Below the pieces are notes generated by a model that saw nothing but the letters and a program-made list of their open reading frames with translations, was not told the origin of the DNA and searched no databases. 64,000 nt of DNA from the human T2T-CHM13v2.0 reference genome, Homo sapiens, in NCBI RefSeq assembly GCF_009914755.1, contig NC_060926.1, one strand, 5' to 3'. The number at the start of each line of letters is the position of its first letter. Within the stretch, counting starts at the first letter, position 1. Positions 1 through 11,329 of this stretch are shown one piece after another. Made by a program: the position numbers and the translations under genes.

Positions 1-310
1 ATGACTGCTCCACAGATTCGAGAAAGCTCTTTCTACCTGTGTATTTCACTCCACAGAGCTTCAGTTCCCCAGATTAGCTCATAGTACAGCCACTCCATCT
101 ACATTCAAAGAAACAGAAAGGAGGAAAGGTACACAGGCTAAAAGCTAAATCAGCTCATACATGCTCTCCCAGAAGGCCTGACCAACCCTGTCACTTCAGT
201 CTCATTGGCCAGACTTGGTCCCATGGCCACTCCAGCTCCAAGGCAGCTGGGTCTATTACCATCCTCTTAACAGTGGGATTGTCTTGCTAAGGAAGAAGAG
301 AATGGTTATT
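1..310. mobile_element. Old ERVL-MaLR solo LTR fragment (MLT1J/K/L-like), cut by the window start
   Basis: Contains 'ctcattggccagacttggtcccatggccactccagctccaaggcagctggg', which I recall as typical of old MLT1 LTRs; subfamily and strand uncertain. Confidence 0.55.
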
Positions 311-781
311 GGGTGGATGTTTGCCTTACATATTAGTCTTTTTTATATCTTATTTTCCAGCTGTGGCCTGTTTAGAATCATCAAGAGCCCTGTGCTAGAA
401 GTTAAAGTATAGAAAGGAAAGTGCATGAGGTGTTTAAGTTCAATAAATAATTATACCTCTAGATGATAAGGCCCTGGTTAAAACTGTGGAAAGATGAATT
501 CCCTAGTGTACTAAGTAAATCAATTTTTACTTTTCCATCTATAAACAAAACAAAATGAGAGAAATCAATGTGGTATGCAGTTTTGAACAACTTCCTATTT
601 TATAAAATGTTTATGACCAGGAAATATGCTATTTCAATTTTTTTTTCTGTTTTACCCTCTTATTTTAAAGCAAAAACAAAATGTGTAAGGGAAAAAGGAT
701 AACATGGAAATAATTTTTAAAACAATTTTCCCTTCTACAAAATCAAGCAACAATAGAATATTTGTAATCAAATCACACTAT

Positions 782-1254
782 ATGTCCTTGTTTAGTTTCC
801 CATTGCTACTTAACACTCACACAAACTTAAAACACAAACTTATCCTCTTACAGTTATGGAGGGTGCAAGTCTGAAATCAGTTTCAGACTGAAACTGAAGA
901 GGTTGGTAGGCCTGCGGTATCCCTAGAGGCTCTGTCTCCTTGCCTTTCCCAGCTTTTGGAGACTGTGGCAATTCCTTAGAAAGCAGCCCCTCATCGCATA
1001 CCCTCTCTTTTCTGCTCCCGTTGTCACATGAGAACTCATATCACCTTTTCTGACTCTCATTCTCCTGTTTCTCCCTAATAAGGATCTTTGTGATTCCACT
1101 GGGCCCATTGAGATAATCCAGAAAAATCTCCCCATCTCAAAATCTCTAACTGATCATATCTGCAAAGTCCCTTTTGCCATGTGAGGTAACATAGTCACAC
1201 ATTCCAGGGATTCAGACACGGACATCTTTGGAAGGCCCTTGTTCACCCTACCAC
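782..1254 (-). mobile_element. MLT1C-like solo LTR (ERVL-MaLR)
   Basis: 'tgcaaagtcccttttgccatgtgaggtaacatagtcacacattccagggattcagacacggacatctttgg...ctaccact' matches the reverse complement of the MLT1C/D LTR as recalled. Confidence 0.75.
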
Positions 1255-1614
1255 TCCTTGTAAAACAGGACATTTAAGAAAACCAAATGTTAAGATCAGG
1301 AAGATAATGTCAAAGTCACATTGTTGTTGCTTTCATGTTAAGATTATCTCACAGTACAGCCATTCTATCTACATTCAAAGAAGCAGAAAGGAGAAAAGGT
1401 CCAAAGGCTAAAAGCTAATCAGTTCATACACAGCCTCCCAGAAGGCCTGCCACTGTCAAATTCAGAGTCAAAATAAAAAGAAACTCCTTAATAACCAGGT
1501 TGAGTCCACCTATTCCCTTTGACTACTGACTAGGACTCTTAGTTGCTAGTCTCAGTCCAAAATTTTCTCAAGAAAATTTTCTCATGTACCTGTACCTATG
1601 AAATCTTGTTTTTT

Positions 1615-1645
1615 CCCTAACCTTCCTTTTTATTTTTTTTTCCAG
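1615..1645 (+). promoter_or_regulatory. Branch point, polypyrimidine tract and 3' splice acceptor of the ARHGAP15 exon
   Basis: CCCTAAC (1615-1621, branch A at 1620), then cttcctttttatttttttttcCAG ending at 1645. Confidence 0.85.
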
Positions 1646-1751
1646 AAAAGCAAGACAACAACACAAGAATTGAAGCTGTAAAATCTCTTGTACAAAAACT
1701 CCCTCCGCCAAATCGTGACACCATGAAAGTCCTCTTTGGACATCTAACTAA
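1646..1751 (+). CDS. ARHGAP15: Internal coding exon (106 bp, phase 1 to phase 2) of Rho GTPase-activating protein 15, RhoGAP domain
   Basis: Flanked by a long pyrimidine tract + CAG and by AA|GTAAGT. Open frame reads (K)KQDNNTRIEAVKSLVQKLPPPNRDTMKVLFGHLT(K), a RhoGAP 'LPxxNxxxLxxLxxHL'-type helix motif recognised as ARHGAP15. Too short to appear in the ORF track. Confidence 0.95.
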
Positions 1752-2049
1752 GTAAGTTGTAAGGATTTCTGGATGTGTCATTTTATAGTCATTTCCTAAA
1801 TGGGCAATATTGAATTTCACATCTCTAAGGCAAGAGTTTCCAAATGCGTACATCTCGTATTTTCCCTTGTAGCTGAACTAGGTCTTTCTGCAGAAGCTGG
1901 AGAATGTGTTAGGGATAGGAAGGACAATCTACAAAAGGAACTTCTGAAATAACTTATTTTTCAAGGCCCTTTCAACTAGTATATGTTTGCTGATTGCTTG
2001 TCAGAACCATCGCCTGGACCCTGGGATGGGTCATCTTGACTTTGTTATC

Positions 2050-2190
2050 TAACATAATGAAAGAACATGAAATAATTCAGACATGGATTCAAAACTCAGC
2101 CCCACCATGTACCACGTGCTGGGGCCACAAATAAGTTACTTAAACCCTCTGCAACCAATTTCCTCATCTGTAAAATGTTGGCTCAGATTG
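2050..2190 (+). mobile_element. MIR fragment
   Basis: Core 'aagttacttaaaccctctgcaaccaatttcctcatctgtaaaatg'. Confidence 0.65.
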
Positions 2191-2199
2191 ATAAGGTGC

Positions 2200-2830
2200 T
2201 ATCCATGTAAATAGCTAAGAGAGGAGTCTTCCAGGAAAAAAAAAAAAAAAGGCAAATGTAAAGCCCTAGAAGCCCCTAAGAGCTGGAAGTATTTGAAAAG
2301 CAGAAATTAAACCCGAACTGCTAGGCCCAAATGTGGAGGCAAGATGGGATCAGGAGCTGAAGTCCCAAGTATCACACTAGCATCAGATCACATAGGTTCT
2401 TGTGGTCCACAGTGAGAGATTTGGATTCTATTCTAAATTCAAGGAAGAACCACTGAAGAATGCTACAATTGAGGGAGTGTAAAAGATTGATCTGGCTGCT
2501 AAGTGGAGAATGCATTGCAAAGGTGAAGAGAGGAAGACCTAATGGCAGACAACCACAGTAGTACAGGCAGGAGATATTGGTGGCTTGAGTGGAGCCCTCA
2601 GAGAGAAATGGGTAGAGATATTGTGGAGATGGATCAGGCTGGACTTGCTGCTGGTTGGGATACCATTGGGAAAGGAAAGGAGAAATCAAGTGTGCAAATT
2701 TTGGGTTTCAACTTGGGCAAGTGAAGAAGCGATAGTATCGCAGAGATGGGTAAAACTGCAGAGAGGAACAAGTTGAGTAGGAAAAGCAGGTTTGAGAGCT
2801 CTATTTTGGACATGTTAAGTCTGAAATGAC
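2200..2830 (-). mobile_element. L2 LINE fragment
   Basis: GA-rich L2 signatures such as 'gatttggattctattctaaattcaaggaagaaccactgaag' and 'ttttggacatgttaagtctgaaatgact'. Confidence 0.7.
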
Positions 2831-3554
2831 TGTTACTCATTTGCCTTCTGTTAACACCTTCTTCAGATAAGGCAGAGTGCAACGCAAGTTATGAGGTTTT
2901 AGCTTTCATGATATATGCATAGTAAAATTGAAGCCTGACAGAGGTTCAAATAGATTGAGCAGTTTTGCTTTTGTGAGATTAAATCTCCTTAAACACCTCA
3001 ATCACTCATAATTTGGGATGAGTCATTCCTACAGATTATTCAACTAATCTATTACATGATTTTTCATTGTGAATGTAATACATGCAATTGCACCCCCCAA
3101 AATTAAGCAACAGTGATGCATTTACATTTAAAAACTGAAATCTGCCTACCACTCTTAGCCTGCTGAACAGAAGTAACTAACATTTTTGTATGTATCCTTC
3201 CTGACCTGTTCCTAAACACATGCAAACATATGTGTGTATGGTTGCTTCTAATGTTAAAGTACATCATATTGCACATATTATTATACAACTATTTTGTAAC
3301 TCATATACAGACTTCTATTTCATTAAACAGACTTATCTTATTATTTCTAATGATGTCAATAGTATTTCATGGTATACACAGTCCATAACTTGCTAAACCA
3401 GTTCATTGCGTTAGGGAACATGTTTTAATCTGACTCATCATTTTCTGTCTTATTTTACTCTCAAAAGGGGAACTTTATCTTAAAGTTCAGAAAATCTCTT
3501 ACTATTAGAGTGTTCCTTCTTGTCACTCCCACATACTGGCTACGGTGAGAAATC

Positions 3555-3770
3555 CAATGTGGTTTAGTGAAAGGATCTTGGGCTTTAAAGAAATAGAAAG
3601 AGAGACCTAGAGTCAAATCCTTGCTCTATGCTTTACTCCCATTATGATCTCAGGCAAGTAAAATCGGATTAAATACTATCAACCATATCTTGTGGTTATG
3701 AGAATTAAATGAGATAATGCATATAAAACGCCTGGCACAAGGTAAGCATTCCTCAAATGTTAATTCTTTT
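3555..3770 (+). mobile_element. MIR
   Basis: 'agacctagagtcaaatcc...gaattaaatgagataatgcatataaaacgcctggcac'. Confidence 0.7.
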
Positions 3771-5719
3771 CCCTTAGGATCCAGACACACCATGAAAGCG
3801 GTTTCAAGTTACAAGTAAATACTGGAGTGCTTATCTCAGTAACTTTAACTGGACAAAGTCATAAAACAAATGGAAAAGTATACCCTTTAATGCTATGCAA
3901 TACCTTGTCTTAAAGTTCTTGAGAAATATCCGTTACTCTGTCCCAATTATTCCCTTTTTTTTCAACTGAAGAAATAGCTATAAAATAAAGAAACTAAGAG
4001 TCAGCTAAATCCTCCTTCAAATAAAATAAATAAAACACACAGAAGAGAATCTATCTAGTTAAAAACCTTCAAAGGATGACGATCGTCCATGTCCAGGCCA
4101 CATAATCCCAGTTTTAACAATTAATGCCTGATCCTGTTTTTTACATCCCAGTTAATTTCCTAATCTTGTCAGAACTTTCATTTAGTTCAATAGAGATGGA
4201 AATAGATGTTTTAAATTAAGATTTAAGATCAGATTATTATATCACTTCACAGTATTCACATTTTAAGATTGATTATTATACATGGGAAGAAGTGTTGTTT
4301 GCTAGCCACCAACCTTTCTTGGGTGGTATGACTATATTTCACCCTGTACCAATTTATAAACTGGGTTTAATTATGCACGAGTGTGTGCACACAATTATAT
4401 CTTGTTAAGCATTTTTTTGCTAAGTTTTTGATAAACAGCCAATCGTGGCGTGTCATCAAAGCCTGAGAAGACTAAATAAGAAGATTGTTTAACAGGAATT
4501 TAAATATATTCGTGTTTGAAAGAATCATTAGAATGTTTTCCTTAGTCTTAATGCATTTGGTAGTTCTTCAGAAAATCTATCGTCAACCCTTGTATGTAGT
4601 GTTTATTCCAAATTGTTGCAAATATATATATTTTGAAGTTTGTTTAGTGAGGGTCAGGGAATGTAATGAAGTGCCAAAAATTCCACTTGACCTACGTACT
4701 CTACAGTCAACAGAAAAGCACTCCATTTTTGCAGAGCTCTGAGTTAAATGCACTCCTCAAAGCAGATCAGCTATCAACTGGGAAAGCTTAATGCGGCACA
4801 GTTGGACTAGAAGGTAAATGCAAATCCTATCCACAAAAGCCAGAATTTTTAAAGGATTGTGATTATATTAAGCATAAGGTTGCACAATGGCTGCACAGGC
4901 TGACTAGTCTCAGAGTCCAGAGTCTTCATTCTTAATCAAACTCAGGGTCAAGTTCTATGCATCTGCTATCATAGCTTAAGACCAGGAATTCGGAATAAGC
5001 TATCATCTCAAGATCCCGTCAGCCAGAAACCTTTATTAATAGCCATTTTCACAAACTGACATTACAGTGATAGGCCCTGGAAGGTCCTCTGGTACCTTCT
5101 GAATCATCATATAAATGGCAAAACTGTCTCTATAAAATACAAGTGTCAAATGCATTTTCCTATAGCCTGCTTCTTTGGAAAGGCAGAGAGGCAGAGTGAA
5201 GATGAAGTTAGTGGGAAGGAGGACCTAGCAAGATGGTTTACTTGCTGATGGATAGTAGCTGGTGGTTGAGAGCCAGTAAAGGGGTTAAATAATAACTAGG
5301 GAATCGTTAACCTTTTATGAACCAGAAAATTGCATGATGTGCTCAGTGTTAATGTAAGAGTCATCTGACAGCAGAGTATAGGATGAAAGAGGTAGAAAGA
5401 GGAGAGAACCCAGGAGGTCCCAGGGGAGTTGCAATTGGATTGGAGTGATGGACGTCAAAAGGAAAGAAATGGCCAAAATCTTGAGATTTTTCAAAGGAAA
5501 AGTCCACACAGTTTTCATTTGTCTCCCATATCCAGTCAGCCATAGAGATACATCTGAGATTTCAATGATAAGTACTTATGAAAATAGTCCCCCTGATAGC
5601 ATTATTTTTAAAAGCAAAATGAGATATTGTTTAGAAGGGTGCTCTTTTCTCTGTTTTCCAAAAACAGACATGGGAAAGAAGATGACGAGGTTGTAGCAAA
5701 CTAATGAAATAGGATGAAT

Positions 5720-6180
5720 CCGATTTTGGCAGGTGTGTATTAATCAAGGCCTCTATATGCTGCTGGTTGGGATGGACAGCTAACATATCGGAAAACCCGT
5801 ATATGCAATGTATCTCGAGAATGCAGACTTTTCAAAGTTTCATACCTTTAAAACCAGTCACATAGAGGTGAAAAGTTTATGCAGATAAAATTGTCCATGG
5901 TAGCACTGTTTGCAACAGTGAGCATTTGGAGACAATGTAAGTGTTCAGTGATAGGGGAGGGTTATGTAGAACAGGATACATCATATTGCCTTAGTAAAGT
6001 GTAGTTCATGGTTTTTATTTTCTTTCTGCTTCAACTTGGAGAAATGCTGTGTTAAATGTTAAATAAAATCAGAGATACAGTCTTTTGCATATTCAAAGAG
6101 AGCATAATTATAAATATGGGGGAAAAAGTTGTGAATGTAGAAAAGACTATAAAAATATTTACTAAAATGTTGATATTTCT
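5720..6180 (+). mobile_element. Old L1M (L1ME-like) 3' fragment
   Basis: 'gtagcactgtttgcaacagtgagcatttggagacaatgtaagtgttcagtgatagggga' resembles the L1M ORF2 end/3' UTR. Confidence 0.5.
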
Positions 6181-6269
6181 TTGAGTTGTTGGATTGTGAG
6201 AGTTTCGTTCCTGTGTTTCTTTTTACCCCCTAATAATGGTATAGGAGGAGACATTGAAGTTAAGGGAAC

Positions 6270-6480
6270 AAAGAAACCAGGCTTTGGAGTTAGGCTGATC
6301 TGAATGCAAGTCTTGGCTCTGCCACTTACTGGATGTATAACCTTGGCCAATTCATTCAACTCTAAGCTTCCATTTTGTCATCTGTCAAAGGGAGATTATA
6401 AAAGAACTTATTTCTGTAGTGAGAAGTATATGAATAATGCTTTTGAAGAGTCTTGCATAGTACTTAGCACCTAAGTATTA
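6270..6480 (+). mobile_element. MIR
   Basis: 'ggctttggagttaggctgatctgaatgcaagtcttggctctgccacttact...ccttggccaattcattcaacctctaagcttc'. Confidence 0.75.
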
Positions 6481-7163
6481 AATAAACATTTTACATCAAT
6501 GTATTTTTTAAATGTATTATATTACATGTATTATTATTACAGTATTTTATAGTGAGGGTAATATAATTATTAATGAAATAAATATAGCAAGAATTACCAA
6601 GGCAGTGCAGGCTAAATTACTGCTAAATTTCATGATTTCCAGAAAAGTCTTTATCCCATCTCAGGATCTTTTTCCAAAACTTGAGTTTCCTTACTGTCCT
6701 GACTCAGCCAGTTTCCCAGAGTCCCAGTGAGACTATTTCACATGTTTGACAAGCTACATCACACCCCCATTCTCATACCCAATCCCCACTCTTTTCTGTC
6801 TCAGACACCCTGTCAGCCTGGCTGGCATATTGTCCCCTGGTCTTAGTTCCAACTCTTTTCACCCTCCAAGTGATAGTTTGCTAATGTGATCATCTAGTCT
6901 GCCGGCCTTTGGGGCAGGCATAAGGAAATTGGAAATAGGCACAGGTCTCTCTATGCCTCTTATGAAGAGCCTCCTCTGTTAGAAGAGTCTCCCTAAGAGA
7001 CTTCTAGTTCCCTTGCTTTGTTGTATAACTTCTCAGAGTGATTTTCATGATCAGAATTTCCTGCCAAGACAAACAGAACACCAGCTTTATGAAAGCCTGA
7101 TAAGTAAGAGATTTTGAAGCCAGCAGGGCCATACTCTGTGTCCCAGTCACCAATATAAACACT

Positions 7164-7249
7164 CCTAGAATCTTATCAACTACATATCCACCTAGAATCT
7201 TATCAACTACATATTCACCTGGAATCTTATCAACTACTTATCCACCTAG
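7164..7249. repeat. Minisatellite, 27-bp unit x ~3.2
   Basis: Unit CCTAGAATCTTATCAACTACATATCCA at 7164, 7191 and 7218 (1-2 substitutions per copy), plus a partial CCTAG. Confidence 0.95.
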
Positions 7250-9226
7250 GCCTGGTGCTGCCCTTTGGAAGTACTAGAACTTTTGTTGTCATGACTATTA
7301 GTATATTCTAGATATTGCTGAAGTCTTTTTCCATATTTTCATTTCCATGATAAAAATAATACATAATTATGGAAAATTTAGAAAATAAATAAAGTCTTTC
7401 CACAGAGCTAAATTTAACTAGTTGACCAGATTTCCTTTGTGGCATGCATTTTGCAAGCCAAAACAATCTCAAATTTGTGAGGGGGGTGTAAGGACTCAAA
7501 AGAACTTTTATGTACACATTATGCATGCACACATTACTCAGAGAAAATAAAATGTCTTAGAAATGGGCAACTTTTAATAATGACTTAGGAAGTAATGTTA
7601 TTTGTTGATTTTTAAAAATAGCTTTGGAAGAATATATTTGCTGCAGATTTTACGTGCAAATAAACATTATTGTAGGAGACTTGCACTTTGTAAAATAGGT
7701 TGAAAGTTAAAATCTTCCCTTTTGCATTGACTCTAAGGAAGTTGTCCAGCTGTTCATAGAATTCCAAGGTGAAAAAATGATATGGCTGAATAGACAAATC
7801 TCATGGACTAATGCCAATTGAATGCCTCGTTGAAAGTAGAAACTGTTGAGCCCCAGAAACTGTTGAGCTGGGGCTATTTTGTGAAAGTAAACCAATATTT
7901 AAAGCTTCTCTGTGGTCTTCATGGATATTAAATAAAATATTCTACAAAAGCATGTCAGAGGCAACTTAAATGATAATGACCTAGAAATATAAGGGTTGTA
8001 TCAGAAAACAATGGAGACAAAATAATTCGTCCACCCTGTCTTTAAAATGACACTGTAGGTATTTCTGATGTTTTGGTGGGGAGAAATTAGATATGCTTAA
8101 AGAATGGACTTCAAAGCCCACAGCCATCACCCTTCTCTCTGGTCGTCAGGGGCCATGCTGGTGACGCTCTCTGCCTCCCATCCAGGCCTCTGAATGCTCA
8201 GCTCTGCTGTGCTTTTGAGCACGTTATGTTTTTCTGTGCTGTCTTCTGGCACTCCATTCTTTTTCTGTACACTTTGGTCTTTCACCCAACCACAATACCT
8301 GATATCCAAAGACTTGCAGACATGGATATTTTTACTGGAAAATGAGGAACCTGTGCAAATTATTATTTTCTTTTACTCTCTCTTTTCTTTTTTTTTCTCT
8401 TTTCCTGTGGGACACGGGTTGTGAGTTGTTTGAAATAAGCCAGAAGCTTCATAGCTCCTTTGCTTTTGTATTTGAAATGGCACCCTGATCACTTTAAAGA
8501 GCTAATGTACTTCCTATGGGCCTGAAATTTCTCAACTGGACTCCCATAGCAGAATTTGGCCTGGTAGTTAAGAAAATTAATTACTCTGATCGCGAGGGTG
8601 AAGCAATAGTTCCCAACTCCCCATAGTAATCATTAAAATGTCATCTACTTAGGAGACATCTTGGCATGGGATTTATAAGGTTTGTGAGCTGAGGACTAAG
8701 GTTCAGTGATCCTTCCAGCAGTGCCTCCTCGTTCTAGAGGAAGGCTGTGGGAGATAAGGTTTTAAGACGGGAGTGAAATTATTACTTTAGATCTTTAGAT
8801 TTAACATTTGAATGGTAACATTCACCACTGAAAAATAGGAAACAACAAAACCTAAAGTTGCTACCATCCCATCTATCATTGTTGTCTCTATTGTTAAGTG
8901 ATGGCCAACTGTATGAGGGTATTTCCCTCATGAGAGGTAAAATTTTTAAGTTGCCCCACCCTTCTCTACTATGAATCTTGGCCTTTAACCTAATGGAAAG
9001 AATTTGGAATCAGAAGACATAGTCTCAGGCCCCATTCTCAGCCCTTAGAAACTGTACAACATTGAGAAAATCTTTCAAAGTCTGTAACCGTCCCTTTTGT
9101 TCAGGTGTTAATTAAGTCAAATAAATTCATATTTGTGAAAATGTTTGGTAACTGTAAAATTCTACCTACAAATTCCTTCAGGAAGTCTCAAATGAGTGCC
9201 TGCTATATTCCAGACCTGAACAAAAT

Positions 9227-9440
9227 CAGGGGTTGGAAAAGTGTGGCCCACAGGCCACACTCAGCCTGCCTCCTGTTTTTGTCAATAAAGTTTTATTGAA
9301 ACACACATCTATTTGTTTATGTTTTGCCTATGGCTGCTTTCATGCTACAAAGGCAAGAGGTCACAATAAGTCATAACAAGGTACACAAGGCCAAAAATAT
9401 TTACCATCTGACCCTTCACAGAAAAAAATTGCTGACCCTT
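9227..9440. mobile_element. MER58A-like hAT-Charlie MITE
   Basis: 'caggggttggaaaagtgtggcccacaggcc...aataaagttttattgaaacac...ttgctgaccct'. Confidence 0.8.
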
Positions 9441-9449
9441 CAACTCAAT

Positions 9450-10870
9450 GTTAAATGCATAAAGAGGATTCCTACCCTCACGTATCTTATCGTCTCCTGA
9501 GGCAGATAAATTAGTAAACAATTATAATAAACATGATGCAATATCTAAAATGCTAGGAGAATTCTAGGCAGCAGCTGAAATTTAGCTTAGAAAAATCAAA
9601 GGATGCCCCCCAGAGGACATGAAACAAGCTATCTTTAAGGATGTTGGCTTGGCAGACAACAGACCTACTGTAGGGAGAGAGAATACTCTGTACAAGAACA
9701 TGGAAGAGAACTGCAATGTGGTAAAGAAATGGTGAGTCCTCTGGAAGGATTAGAGAATTAGGAATTATAAAGAGAATAAACAGTGGCAGATTATGAGCCT
9801 CTAACGTTGTAAACAAGTTAAATTGTGAAGAATACCATACAGTCTGATAAGGAGCTTGAAATTCTTTCTGTAGGCTAAGCACTGTCGCTCACTCATTTAA
9901 TCCTAGCACTTTCAGCGGTTGAGGAGGGAGGATAGCTTGAGCTCAGGAATTCCAGATCAGCCTGGGCAACATAGTGAGAACTCATCTCTACAAAACATTA
10001 AAAAATTAGCCAGACATTGTGGCATGCATCTGTAGTCCCAGCTACTCAAGTGGCTGAGACAGGAAGATCACTTGAGCCCAGGAGTTCGGAGGCTACAGTG
10101 ACCTATGATTTTGCCAATGCACTCTAGGCAACAAAGCAAGATCGTGTCAAAAAACAAAAACAAAACAAAACAAAACCTGTAGACATTAGGAAAATCACTG
10201 AAGGATCTCAAGTGGAGAGGTAAGGTAATGAAATTTGTATTCATAAAGACCACAGTTTTTATAAGAGTGAAGGACAGCTTGTAGAAGGGCAACACCAGAA
10301 GTAGGGAAAACAGTAGAATGCTGGTATAGTAGTCCAAGCTAGAGATCCCCAGCTAAGGGAGTGATAGGGAGAATGGGGGAAAGTGATGGATACAAGAGGC
10401 ATTGAAGCAGTAGATGCAACAGAACATGTGCACCAAGTACATGCGAGAGGTTAGGAAGACGAAGGATTCCAGGATGGCACCCAGATTTTGAATTAGCTGA
10501 ATGGTGATATCCTTAACTTACATTTCACATAGGAAAAGGACCAAACTGGAGGCATGAAAAAAGCAGAAATTTTGTTAACATAATGTGACTTGCTCATTGT
10601 TATATTCTATTAGCAAAATCCAGTCAAGGATAAGATATATATGTTTGGAATGCAAGAAAGGTGATTGAGATCTAGGGACAAATTTTGGAGTTGTTGGTTT
10701 AAAGATGGCAATGGGGTAAGGTCATGAATGCCTCCAAGGGACCGTGTGAACCCAGAAGAGAGTCAAGGGTGAACCCAGAAGAGAATCAAGGACAGATTCC
10801 TAGAGACTTCTAACATTGAATGGATGGTCAGAGAAAGAGATAACAGAAAAGGAGTCTGAGAATGGCACGC
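9450..10870 (-). mobile_element. L2 LINE fragment(s), interrupted by an AluJ
   Basis: GA-rich L2-like sequence on both sides of the Alu; includes a 23-bp tandem duplication at 10746-10791. Confidence 0.55.
9873..10176 (+). mobile_element. AluJ
   Basis: Dimeric Alu with J-type 'ggatagcttgagctcagg', 'cttgagcccaggagttcggaggctacagtg'; (AAAAC)n tail; flanking ctgtag duplication. Confidence 0.9.
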
Positions 10871-11329
10871 ATATTGATAGAAAAAACATTTGGCAAGAGC
10901 AAAGGTATATTTTGTGATGAAAACTACTCATTACACAAGGAACACCTAGAATAACCTCAGCTTAACAGGACACTGGGCAGAATTTATAACAATGACCAGT
11001 TACTGTTCTTACCTTCACCCTTCAGCTTTAAAAAAAAAAAACCCCACAGGAATAAGTATAATCTAGCAGGAAAAAAAATGATATTCTATAGCATAGCCAG
11101 GTCCTGAAAATATAAAGAACTAACCTGGCTTCTTCTGCTCTTAGAGCACTGGCTCCAGAAGGGCAGAAATTTGTGTCATTTTGATTCCTGCTATATCCCC
11201 TAGCACCGTGTCCTACATAGATACTCAATAATTTTTGTTGAACAAATGGAATCGCGTTACTTCATTGAACAAGATGATAATCTAATAGCCAGTGAGTGGT
11301 TCCAGGTAACATCAACTACGTAAGCCTAG

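Noticed and set aside
7164-7249. 27-bp repeats considered as a CRISPR-like array
   Set aside because: Units are head-to-tail with no unique spacers, in a eukaryotic intron with no cas genes.
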